DNA of 62,587 nucleotides from Carcharhinus longimanus (lineage: Eukaryota): positions 47,720,636 to 47,783,222 of the forward strand of contig JASCQW010000119.1 of NCBI GenBank assembly GCA_030264375.1, given 5' to 3'. Position 1 is the first letter of the stretch, and every line of letters starts with the position of its first letter. The notes beneath the pieces are model-generated. The model ran no database searches and was not told the DNA's origin. It saw only the letters and a program-made list of their open reading frames with translations. This document shows, piece after piece, positions 1 to 12,409 of the stretch. Made by a program: the position numbers and the translations under genes.

Positions 1-1242
1 CACAGACATGGTGAACCTCAATTATCCATGTTGTGTGCATATTTTTTTCGCTGTTGTCGGATGTTTCTACAGTGAAAGTCATTTTTTTGTGGGGGGGCAG
101 GAAGCGGGGGGTGGGGGAAGCTAGTAAACTGTCCTCCTCCCCCTTTATTCTTTCTGGCATATGTGGTGAAATTTAATATGTGATGTATTATTGTAGTCAG
201 AGAGTTTATTTTTCTTGTAGTTTGCTTTGTAGTGTCGAAAGCCAGCCCATAGCTATGCAGACCAGGGTTCCTGCCCATAAATGAATTACACACTGTGTAA
301 TGTTACTAGTTGGGCTACGTCCGAGACTTGAGCGTGATCCTCAGACATGCTTGAAAGTTGTGGAATTAAGCCTTCGTTTGGTTGTGAAGCATTGCTGCTG
401 TTTACAACCCCTCCCCGCCCCCATCATTTTTTAACTGATTACCATTATAGGCGGTTAAAATAATCTTCAAAATACATTCGGAGTTGTAGTTAAATTGTGG
501 ATGTTGAGCATCAAAGTCCATGTGAAAAGATTGTATGGCATGTTTTCTTTAACCACATTATGTTGTCATCGCGCCTTGTACATTACACATTGTCAGTAGC
601 ATTGCTTACAAATAGATATTCATGTACTGTGCCATACCATCTACACAATCATTATTTTGAATACCAATTTGAATAACTTGGAGTTTATAGGTTTTGCATT
701 AATTGTACATTTATAGGCATTAAGTGATAGAATTTCCTATTCATGTAAATTCTTGGTGCAAAACTTTTAAGCAACACGGTTGTTAAATCTTAGGTATGAA
801 TCATTTGGTGTGGATTAGGTTGCAGTAAGCTTATGCTTATAGAGTCATTGAAGGAAGACATCCCACAATGCTGTATGTTTTCTAGAAAATGCTTCATTGG
901 AATCGGGCAGTAACTCAATCTTTTGGGATTTAAATGGTTGCTTTAAAGCTTTTCATTTCCCTTACCTTTGTATAGCATTGATTTCAAGGAACAGTTTTTC
1001 TGTGTTGAACCAACAATGGCTACCATCATGGACTATTTAATGCTGCAACCAAAGTATCATATTTACATTCAAAATTTCTTGTAGGTTACTGCCTCATAAT
1101 GACCACCATAGAACTAACAATCTAGTGAGTACCCTTGTAACACATGAAAGAATATTTGTCTATGTTTAATATTTAATTGAATTATGATACTTTTGGAAGC
1201 ATCAAGAACCTATTCCATAATACGCCTTACAGGGAAGATAAA

Positions 1243-1668
1243 GGGGCACACTGGTTAGCACTGCTGCCTCACAGTGCCAGGGACCCAGGTTCAATTCCCA
1301 GCTTGGGTCGCTGTCTGCAGAATCTGCACGTTTTTCCCGTGTCAGCGTGGGTTTCCTCCCAGTGCTCCAGTTCCTTCCCACTGTCTGAAAGACATGCTGG
1401 TTAGGTGAATTGATCATGCTCAATTCTCCCTCAGTGTACTCAACTAGGTGCCCTGAGTGTGGCAATGAGAGGATTTTCTTAGTAATTTCATTGCAGTAAG
1501 CCAACTTGTGACATTNNNNNNNNNNNNNNNNNNNNNNNNNNNNNNNNNNNNNNNNNNNNNNNNNNNNNNNNNNNNNNNNNNNNNNNNNNNNNNNNNNNNN
1601 NNNNNNNNNNNNNNNTCTTAGTAATTTCATTGCAGTAAGCCAACTTGTGACATTAATAAATAAACTTT
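1243..1668 (+). mobile_element. tRNA-derived V-SINE (HE1-like head) with a non-HER1 tail; spans a gap with duplicated flanks
   Basis: TGGTTAGCACTGCTGCCTCACAG...GGTTCAATTCC boxes, V-domain GCGTGGGTTTCCTCC, tail ...TTGTGACATTAATAAATAAACTTT. Confidence 0.85.
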
Positions 1669-4112
1669 AAAGTTATTCACTTTCCCATTTGACGCAGTGT
1701 CCATAATTACTTTCATCATGGTGCTTTAAAGGAGAATCCCACAATCCATAAAAATGTGCTCCAAGGGGAAAGCCATATGTCTGAACTAAAATTCTGTGTT
1801 TTAATTTAAGCTACACTGAAGCAAACGTGCTTGGAGTTTTTCTGTTGTATCCTTATGAATTCCTAGTTGTCTCATCTTTTTCCTTCCTCCAGGACAGTTA
1901 TAAGGACAGAGCATCAGGCAATCCATCTTTACCCCAAACACTAGTTTTTGCTTTATTTGTCTCATGCCTGCAATGGTATCCCTTTCTTTTCAGATACTAA
2001 AACTGCTTTACGTGGGAGTGGGTGTCCAGTGACCAATCGTCAAATTTATTTCCTGGGGATAGTAATGGTAACCGGTCGTTACGAGTAGCAACACCAGCAT
2101 CCAACGTGGTGGCAGACAATAATTTCAACTTGGAAGCAATGAAGTGTTTATGTTTTTTTTTAAAAAGCTATTCAAACTCTTCCAAAAAGTGGGTTAAATA
2201 GTGGGTTTAGTGTCACAGTTAGATTTTGAGTGGGCAGTTTATTTACGTAGTAAACTTCTTTAGGTTGATGTTTAAAATCAGGCACTACATACAAATTACT
2301 GCTATCATTAAAAATAATTTTGCTGTTGCTTCTGAAACTATTGCTGTACGTTTTCCAGAATCAGAATTTGAAACTTGAGGTATATTTTTGGTACTTGAGA
2401 CTGGCTATAATTAGAAAAATCAACACTATAGCTTTTTTTATTTTACATAAATTTATTGAGCCAGAATTTGCTGCCAAGGTAACAGGCTTATGGCACTTGC
2501 CATTATTTATGCACAAATGGTATGGCAACATTGGGGTGGGGAGGAGACACGCAGATTAAAACTGAACATGATGAAGTTGCTGTCTGAGTTCCGTTTGGCT
2601 GTTAGTTTCACAATGTCAGTCTGCTGTCTGACTTACCACAGACATGAATAGCATTAAGCTGCCATATTTTTGTGGTGGATAGAAATTAAATTTCCTGCAG
2701 AAAATTGGGTCTAATTCATTTCAGTCGAATTACACTCTTCATGTTGTGATAAGTGTTAATTACTCCAAAATAGATTCTTGGGCACTCAGGAAAATTAGCT
2801 AATGTAAGTGTGGAGTCTCATTCCATCTCATCTTAATTGTTGATTTTCTACATATAACTTTTTTTAATACCATTCCTTTTTGCCACTCTTCTCTCAAATC
2901 AAACTACTTTCCCTCTTTTTAATTTCTCTTTCTGACTCTGATTTGACATTCACCCAGTCTAGTTTGCACTCCCTCCTTGATTCTTGTGCTGTTTGTTTCA
3001 CAATCTTTCACTCTGATTAAGGAGACATACAGTTGCTTGCCTTTTTCATTCTGGTTCCAGTTATTCAATTTCTCATGCTGCATTGTTATCCACTTTCAAT
3101 TTTAGATTTGCCAGATATAAAAAAAAAAGACAAAAGCGAGAGCAAGTTTAATTCAACAAATGTTTGAGATGATCTGCTATAGAGACTTGTGTCCTGTTCT
3201 CTTCAGTTTTGACATTTTAAATGTCTTCAAATCCAAATGTCATAATTAGTCAAACCTGAATAACAGTTGAAAATAAACACAAATGAGGGAGATTTTGGCC
3301 AAAGTAGTTCATCCTTTTTTTTAAAAAAAAACTTGTTTACCTCCAGTCAGCATCTAACTACTTGACTGGACTTCAAGATTTTGGTCTCATTACTCTAGCT
3401 GGAAAATCATTCCCACTGCTAATCATTTTGTGTGAAGAAATACTTTCTGATGTCCTTTCTGGACCTGCTTTGTGCAAATTATTTGCCTTACCTTGTCCTG
3501 CTGCCCTAATTTAACTACAGTAGTGCTCTGGATTAACCTATTATTTCAGTCAGGAGTGTAGTACATACCTCATTGGCTCCATTTACACTCGCCTGCTTTC
3601 AAGCCTAGAGTCCAAGTTTTCTTAACTTTACCTCATAATTCTGCAATCTGACACAAGAAATTGGCCGTGTATCCTATTCTGTGTCATTCCCAGGGCTCAG
3701 TTGTCCTTCCAGTTTTATCCAAACTGAATGAGATGCTTAGACAGTTTCAGCATTAGTGGCACTTTTGCAATGTCTGAAGTAAATGCAGAAATTGACTATT
3801 GCTTTTTCCACCTGTGAAAGCAGACTTAAAGCAGTACTTACTAAAGAAAATACATGGCACTGTGGATTGCTGAAAACTTTCCCATTCTAATAGTTGTACT
3901 AGTGTTAATGCTGACTAAAATAACTATGTTTCAGAATTTGTCACTTTAACTAATGCTTTTGAGACTGGTTACACAATGCAAGTTAGCGCTGACAAATAGT
4001 ACTTTTTGAGTGTGCTGGATGACTATATATCTGCATTACTCATATGGTCTACACTATAAATGAGAAGGGTGTCAAGTTCAGTGAAAAGCCCATGCTGAAT
4101 CCCAGACTCTGA

Positions 4113-4620
4113 CAGAATCGCAGAATTGTTACAGCACAGAAGGAGGCCATTTGGCTTGTCATGTCTGTGCCAGCTTTCTGCATGAGAAATTCACCTAGTT
4201 CTGTCCTCTTTCATTCTCTCTGTAACCCTGCACTTTCTTTCCTTTCAAATAATCCAATTCTCTCTTGAATGCCTTAATTGAACTTGCCTCCACCGGGCAA
4301 CACATTCCAGATCTTAACCACTTGATCTGTGAAAAAGTTGCTCCTCATGTCTCCATTGCGTCTTATGCCAATTACTTTAAGTCTGTGCCCCCTCATTCTT
4401 GATCCTTCCAACAGTGGGTCAGTTCCCCTTCTACTGTGTACAGACCCCATGTGATCTTGAGTACCGCTATCAAATTTCCCCTGTTCACCAAGGAAAACCA
4501 TTACAATTTCTCCAGTCTATCAATTTTACTGAAATTCTTCATTCCTAGCACGAGTCACATGAATCTTTTCTACATTTTGTCTAATATCTTCACATCTTTG
4601 CTGAAGTGTCATGGCCAGAA
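4113..4620 (-). mobile_element. CR1/HER1 LINE 3' fragment
   Basis: Minus-strand peptide SRMRGHRLKV...NFFTDQVVKIWNVLP is the typical CR1 ORF2 C-terminus, followed by a CR1-type 3' tail. Confidence 0.85.
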
Positions 4621-5209
4621 CTGGATGCTGATTCGATCTGAAATCAGAATTTGTATGCCAGTTTTTTTAAAGCAATATTCCTGATAAATATTGCTGAAGC
4701 AATATTCCTGATAAAGTACTTTATATCAACAAAATTGGCACTTGGATATTCTCCTTAATGTTCCAAAATAGTTTTCAGTAGTTTGTTAAATTTGTATAAG
4801 GCTGCAATTACACTGTATCTGAAGCCGTGAGGTGTAGCCAAAAGATTAGAATTTTACAATATATTGTGCCCATCTGCAAATCAGAATGGCCTGTTTGGAA
4901 AGAGCAAATTACTTATATTCTCAAACTAATTAAAAATATTTGTACTAAATTTATAAAAGTACTCTAGATGCTCACTTGGGGACTTTAAGCCAAAATGGAG
5001 TTGAACTGTTGCAGAACCTAAACTGAGATGTTTTCCTGGAGGAACATTGGTTGGATTTAGTATGCTCCGATGTCAGGTTCGGACTTAATGGGTTATACAG
5101 CCAGATTCCTGTTGGTACACGCCTGATGCTGCTGCTTAACATGAACCCATGGCCATTGAAATAAACCACTGTAGATGACTGTAGTCAATATTTTTCTTAC
5201 CTCTGTAAT

Positions 5210-5450
5210 GGGGCCGGTTAGCTCAGTTGACTAGATGGCTCGCGTGTGGTTCAGAATCGTGTCAACAGTATGGGTTTGATTGCCATTTTGGCTGAGGTAG
5301 ACTTGGGACTTCAAGGCGTTCTTGCCGTGCCCTGGATGTAGAAGGCAATTCTGAACCATCGCTGACAAAAACTGTGGAAAATGACCGAGGATGAAGCATT
5401 AGCTGACCATGAGCCAAGGACTTGCCTTTGGGCAGAGCCCCTGTGAAGAA
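5210..5450 (+). mobile_element. tRNA-derived SINE, family not assigned
   Basis: GGTTAGCTCAGTTG A-box head and degenerate B-box; the same head occurs at 55611. Confidence 0.6.
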
Positions 5451-8400
5451 ATCTCTTGTAGCATTTAGCATTCACTTTGCCAACATTTTACATTTAATAC
5501 TTCTGTAATTTGGCTCAATTAAGAACAATGCCCTTGTGCTCATTTAATGAGTTTAGTGTACAAAAACTAAGCTCCCTACTACAAAATCAGTAATTTATAT
5601 ATAATTAGTATAAGAGAACTGGTTTAGAGCAATATAAACGTGATTTAAACTGCAGCAGTTTGAAATCAAGGCGATTTGCTCCTAGGTCTTTATGAACTTC
5701 AAGTTGAAGTCAGGCTTACTGAATTCTCCCAAATGCCGAACTTGTTCTTGCCATGTCCATTATAGCATCATTGAGATGTGGGTAATGTTTATGAGTTAAT
5801 GGGGAAACATTAAAACAAATATTCTCTGCCTCCCAAATTTCAGCTAATATCTAGGTTTTATCAGCTGAGCATGTCTTAATTTTGATATTTTCATGACTAA
5901 CAGATTCCAATGATCTTGAGTTGTCTGTATTTGAATTAACATGATGCTATTGTATCTGAGCACTATTGTGTTCAGTTATTTTTCTTTGTACAGGTTATAT
6001 GTGCTTGATAACCTTCCTATGCTGGTCTTTAGATGTAAAGTCTATTATTGGGAAAGGGTGGGTGAAGGAGCAGGATTGCAATTTGGATATAGCTTAACTA
6101 GGAAGCATATGGGTACGATTTTACTTTTGTTTAAATTTAGAGCTTTGTGTGTCATGAGATGAACTATAGGTGGTTGTCTATAGGTCTGGATTTGTCAACT
6201 TACTGTAAAACCTTTTGTCTGGGGGTACAGCATTACTGATTTGACATTTTAATTTTTGAAACCACAATTGCAGTCTTTCTCTGACCATTGTAATGTTTAG
6301 TTTTGATTTTTCTAAGACTCATTGCTCAGAAGGGAATTTACTTATTGCATGTTCTGAAACAGCAAGCTAGAATATATACCACCAACTCCTGCCCTCCCAC
6401 CTCCTCCCCTGACCATCTTGCCAGCATGCCTACATTTTAGTGTGGAATTTATTTCTAAAAGCACAAAACCATGTTTATTAGTGAGCAAATCAGTAGTTTA
6501 TTGTCACGGAGTAAAAAAGGAGTCAGTAGAAGATGCATATTCCCAAAGAATAAAGGGAATACATTTATAAGATACCAAACAATAAAGTCCAATACTTTGA
6601 TTTTTTTCTCTAGTATTCTCTTCTGTAGCAGATTAATAAATACGATAATTACATAAATCTTTTCTAACAATTTACTGTCCATCTCATTTGTATGTAGCTT
6701 TTTAGAGTGGTGAACTTCAAAATATATATCTTGTTTACATCTTTCTTCACCCAATATCTGCAAAAATACTTCAGAACCTTCCTCCAAATTTGAATAATGG
6801 CATAATCCTTGCAATTGTTTGTGTACATGCAAAATTATTGCCTTTAGACTCCTGTGTAAACACAAAATCAGTTATGGTAGACATTTAGATTACTTTGCAA
6901 GATATGAAGATCCTCTGCTCAAATTTATAATTGACCATTTCATTTCATATGTAACCTGCGATGAGCAGCCTCTTGGAAAATTACTCAACAGTTTTTCTTT
7001 CAATTTGGCACAAGCAAAATGGTAGGAAATCTGCTGAGATATATGTAGTATTATATGTGTCATATTTAAAAACTGATCTGAACTCTAATTGTATAAAGGA
7101 GTTCACTTCAAATTAATTCAGAAAGGTGCAAGAGTTGCAAAAATTGATCCTAATGTGACCATAACACTAAGTTGCATTTTTGCTTTAGAATATTAAACTA
7201 AGTATTACATAGTATAATTTTCCTGTCCTCCTTAAAATAGCATATCTTTTAACTTGTAGCAAGCAGTGCCAGGGAAATCTTCGAGATAAGTGATTGGGGA
7301 TACATAGGAAATGAGCTCAACTAGATTCGGGACATTTTCATGAATGTTTGAAGTTTTGGTGGTTCAAATCTGAACGACAAATCTGAACACTTCATTTTGA
7401 TACAGATAAAGTAACTGCTTCCATATGCCATTTTGAAATTTGTTTATAATCAAACAATGAATCTACACTAGTGTAACTGACTAGAATACTGTAACTACTT
7501 GAATAACCTCTACCTGACTTCCTTCCAACAGACTATTATTTAAATAAATTTAGCAGCTTGTCATCTTAAACAGTGTTTTCTGATCTGTAGACTTGGTAAT
7601 TAACTACTGACATTACAGCTCCCAAAATCAGTGTGCAGCACAATGTTAAAGATTAGCTTTTTTGTTGGAAGGACTCTAGGGCCATGAATGTTTTGAGTAG
7701 TGAGTACAGATTATTTAAGATTCTGAGTTCCGTGGTTCACTGCCTCTTAGCAAATTTTGGTTTTTTGATTCTTCATGAGCTGAAATGTAATTTTTCTAAA
7801 ATCGTGCTTTGAAAGAGAAAAAGTGATGCTTATTTCAAGTGATACAATTATAAATTCATGTTCTGGGTTTGCTTAAGATACCCTGAGAGTTTACAACTTC
7901 AGCCCTGCTGGATGAAGCACTACATTAGGTTAAATTTGCATTGGAATCATGATGAAATATTGCCGGATGCTTCTTTACAATGGTGCAAATGAAATATAGA
8001 CTGTCTCGTACAACTGAGAAGGTTGCAAACCAGAAAAGATAATTAACCCTTCCAACCTGCTTTTTGATTCTGAACAGATCTGCTCAATTTAGTCCATGTC
8101 TTAGTGTGCATGTTGTTTTGTGATGGATTTTTGTTTTTGCCTTGTTCAAATGAGCGAGTGATATGTGCATGTAATTTTTTTCCCCTATTTCTGTGGGGAA
8201 GTACCTCACTTACATTTGGGGCCTCCCCTGACTGCGCAGCTCACATCATGAAAATTGTGTACTTTACATTAAATACTCCTTATGAAGCATTCAGTTAGGG
8301 TTATTTATGCTGTGGTGCAATTGGGACTGGGTGTTTTCCAGTAACAGTCTTGCAGTACATTGCAAATATATTTTCTGAAATGGAGTGGTTTTTTGTGTTG

Positions 8401-9981
8401 TATCAGGCTGCAATATTAATGAATATATATTTGTGGGGAAGGGAGGTAAACCTTAGAAAAAGGGAAATGCTGGATATACAAAACAACTGTTTGAAAGAGC
8501 AAGGACAGATTAACACTTAACTGGAGACCTTTAATCAAAACCCAAGCTTTACTTATGCAGCATTCGAATTACAAAATTGAAGCCCTCAAAATTCTGTCCA
8601 AGTAACTTGACAGTTTTTGGCACTGTTGTGGAAACTGTAAAATCCTCAATTTTTCCTGACAGTTTCACTCCCACCATCCAGAAGTCTGAACCAATACTAT
8701 TACATGCTTTATAGAGAGAACTGACAAGTCAGTTATTTCTGTCCCCACATATCTGAAGATTTTACATATCGTCAGTCACTGTGATCATCAGTTAGGCTAA
8801 ACAATATGCACATAGAATTTAATCATGTTCATTCAGTGTTACTGTTTTTGGAATGATTTGCAGCGCTTGTGAATTGTTAGTTTGCACTGTTGTTTTCTGT
8901 GGCACCAGACTTCGATTCTGGATGCAAAATAATGGCACATGGCTAAATATTTTGGTGAGGNNNNNNNNNNNNNNNNNNNNNNNNNNNNNNNNNNNNNNNN
9001 NNNNNNNNNNNNNNNNNNNNNNNNNNNNNNNNNNNNNNNNNNNNNNNNNNNNNNNNNNNNGGTGAGGAGCATTTACCTTATCAAAACTTCAGCTAGAAAT
9101 CTTGGCAAGACTCTTCATGTTTAGGAAGTCAGCATGCTAGTTATTTTGAACCCTGATCTGTGCTTAAACATCTGCAGAAGTTGCACCAAGTTGCATTGTT
9201 TTAATTTTATCTAAATGAAACTTTGGATTTCTTATTGTCTGAGTGTCATGCAGTGTAGTACAGTCCCAAACAGATTAGGACGCTTCCGGTTCTAAACAAT
9301 AATATTGCATGGATCCATGCGTTTGTACATAAATTATAGTTTCAGCATCTCTGGGCTAGAAAGGAATTTCATTGTCTTGTGACCATAGCTGTAAAGTTTG
9401 TGCGTGTAATAGTCAGGATTATGCTAAGTTTTAAGGCTTTTTTAGAAGATAGCCTAGCGCCATTTGTTAGCTTGGCTTCTGGTGAAGAACGGTCATTTGG
9501 TTGAAGTACCAGAGCATTGCCACTGTTTGTTTTATCAGAGACTGTATTCTGTGCGTGTTGCCGTTATCGCGAGGGGATAAGTAAAAGTATCTTTCAGTAT
9601 ATCTGTGGTAGTGAATTTATCTTCAATTAGAGGACAGGTGATAAACTGAGCCCTCTATCCCTATGGGGGAAGACCTGTTATTAATTTAAAAAGCTGGTTT
9701 TGTTATGACTAAGATGTTAGTCCATTAAAATGCACAATGCACTATAGATTATTCTATTCTGTCTTCATCTCTTCAAAAAGTGTCAATTTACAAGGGTCTT
9801 CCTATAAACTGTATCTTAAATATTAATGTGGCCATAGTTTGCAGTTTGACTAATTGCTTTAAAGTCCTGTGGATTAAAGAACATGCATCACGTATATTGC
9901 TGCACATGATCTTTTTCTTTTCAACCTTTTTGTGCTGTCAGGTAATGGTTGACTTGGATTTCAGTACATATCTGTCCACAG

Positions 9982-10064
9982 GTGTTGGAAAATTACTCAG
10001 ATGCTCCAATGACCCCCAAACAGATTCTACACGTTATAGAGACTGAAGGACTCAAAGAAATGAG
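9982..10064 (+). CDS. ASXL1: ASXL1 exon 2 (83 nt, phase 0 to 2), HARE-HTH: [27 protein letters not shown]
   Basis: ccacag|GTGTTGGAA...ATGAG|gtcagt. The translation is nearly identical to human ASXL1 [27 protein letters not shown] as recalled, and the 83-nt length matches. Confidence 0.96.
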
Positions 10065-10334
10065 GTCAGTTGTGGTGAATGGATTTGCTAGGAGAATGTC
10101 AATGGGTTTTGTTAAATATAAATGCTGAATTTGAAAGCAGGGAAGAGTCCTATCTGACCTAGTCTCCTCTTGTAACCTACAGTAATAGATGGGAATCTGC
10201 TTGAGGATTGTTTTATTTTAAATTTGAATCCTAAAGTTATAACTTTTAAAGTCTTTTTGTTTTCCTTTCTTGTGGCCATTATTGGCACTGATGCTTGAGC
10301 CTGCTTTTGTATGTATTCTCCATGGAAATCAGAG

Positions 10335-10880
10335 TCAGTAGCTAAAATATTGACTCACCAAAGCCTGTCCAACATTTACAATGCACAGGTCAAGAATGTG
10401 CGGGGGAACTTGTCTGAATGAGTGTGTAGCTCCCAACAATGCTGAAGAAGCTCAATGCCATCCAGGACAAAGTAGTCCACTTGATTGGCAGTCCATCCAC
10501 AAACATTCACTTCTCCATCGGCCGAGCGCAGTGGTACAATTCCTGCGATGTGTGCCATCTACAAGATGAACTGCAGGAACTCCTAAAGGCTCCTTAGATT
10601 GTAACTTCCACATCCATGAGCACTACAGTCTAGAATGACAATGGCAGCAGATGCATGGGAATACCACCATCTGGAAGTTCCCCTCACATAACATCCTGAT
10701 TTGGAAATATCCTGGCATTCCTCACTGTTGCTGGATCAAAATCCTTAAACTCCCTTCCTAACAGCTCGAGGTCCATATCCAACATGTGGACAACAGCTGT
10801 TCAAGAAGGCCGTTCACCACTTTCTTAAGGACAATAAATGCTGACCTAGCTAATGATGACCACATCCTATAAAATTATTT
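10335..10880 (+). mobile_element. LINE 3' fragment of a second CR1/L2-group family
   Basis: Homologous to 14535-15935 (GCCATCCAGGAC..., tail AATAAATGCTG.CCTAGC...CACATCC). Confidence 0.7.
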
Positions 10881-12406
10881 TTAGAAAATGGGACTTAGTA
10901 AGCTTCTCAAGGTACATTATCAAAGAAGGCTATGTTGAGCAGTAGAAATGTCATTACTTGTCAGTTTGTTTTTAAAACTATAACAAAAACTATAAGGCAG
11001 GGCTAAAAGGCTGTACAACAGCTGGCAGTGCAAACTAAAGGGAGGACACGAGAGGTGGAAGACAGTGGCACACAGATTGTGACATGAAGCTGGAGACAGT
11101 CACAGAAGTAGACTGGAACAAGGCCTTAGAGATTTGTAAATGAGAATTTAATCATGCAGTGATCTTTTGGAGATCATTAAAGGCAAAGATTGTGGGGAAC
11201 GATACAAGGATCTGTTTTGTTGGAGTTTTGGATGAGTAGGAGTATATGTAAGGCTCAGCAAGGAGGATGTTGGAAAGATGAAGACAAAGGCTACATCCAA
11301 CGGCCAGATCAATATCTAATAAAACCCATTCAAGCCTTGGCTCAAATGTCAGTCATGGTTGAAATTTGAACCGCAGTTTATCGAATGGACATTCAGTAGT
11401 CTTTGTAACTAGAACTGTTAGGCTGTGTACTCTGATTTTTAATGGACGTTGAAGACTTGCTTATTCAGTTGGAAGAAAGAAAAAGGCTTAAGATTATCAA
11501 TTGTTTCAGTCAATGTTTGATTTTTGTTCCAAGGAGACAGTCAAAACACAGTTCATATTAAGTATTGTCTATTTCTCCCATATGCCTCATTTAAATGGCC
11601 ATTAATATTCAGATGCCCCATATTTGCAGCCAATTACTGCCAGACTCACTTCCATTTTAGCAAGCAATTGCTTTATTTGTGTCTCGATAGGAAGAAAACA
11701 AAGAAGAAACAAATACTTGGATTGATATAGTGTTTAAAACGTGCTCTTCAAGTATCAGAATGTTAATGCCCAATTAGTTACTGACTTGCAAAGAGGTTTG
11801 TTGTGTAGACAAGCAAGGTAAATGGAAATTTCTTCTCAAGGCCTCCAGTTTATGGTGAGGAAGTCCAATTCTATTTCATAATATGGGATTCTGGAACAAC
11901 TTCTTGGGGTTTTGAGGATTGTGTTGTACAGCTCTGTGCGTGAAACTCACATCAGTGGTGTTCTGTGTAGTTAATGTGTTGTTAGTGATTTAAGTTTGAC
12001 ATTCTGCAAATTCATCCTGACAGTTAACAAAAAAATTTTAATCCCTAAATGTGATTTTCTATGAGCCCCTTGCGCTGCTGAGCTCAGTATCTCTACTTAG
12101 TCATTTCTTGATTGCTATCTTACTGATGTTGATTTTAATACAGTTAGAAACCAAAGAAATTAAACCAAATATTTTAAGATTCATTAGTATAAGAAGAATA
12201 ATTTTACAATGTTTATCACAAGGTCCTTATTTAAACAGTTTTATTCAGCTTCTGGTAAATTCCAATTTAATTTCAATTGTATTTAATAAAATAAAAATTA
12301 CAAAACATTTTTCCTATAGTATGTTTTATTTTGATAATATATGTTGGATAACACTAATCATTGTTTTTTCTTTTTCATGTCCATGTTTTTGATGCAATGG
12401 CTGTAG

Positions 12407-12409
12407 AAG
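12407..12409 (+). CDS. ASXL1: ASXL1 exon 3, 3-nt microexon AAG (adds the Arg of KEM-R-SGTS)
   Basis: ctgtag|AAG|gtaagc, preceded by a long AG-free U-rich tract, a CACTAAT branch-like motif (12352-12358) and TGC (12393-12395). ATG AG|A AG|T GGA restores the MRSG of human ASXL1, which has a 3-nt exon here as I recall. Confidence 0.9.

Noticed and set aside
1477-1654. Apparent direct duplication across a gap (also at 8954-9067 and 36816-36956)
   Set aside because: Identical sequence on both sides of 100-N gaps indicates unmerged contig overlap, an assembly artefact.
6455-7025. 136-aa minus ORF and two plus ORFs in intron 1
   Set aside because: No recognisable homology, AT-rich composition and no convincing splice-site pair.
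8202-8212. ACCTCACTTAC complementary to the exon 6 donor region (46884-46894)
   Set aside because: Eleven-base complementary matches are expected many times by chance within 62 kb.
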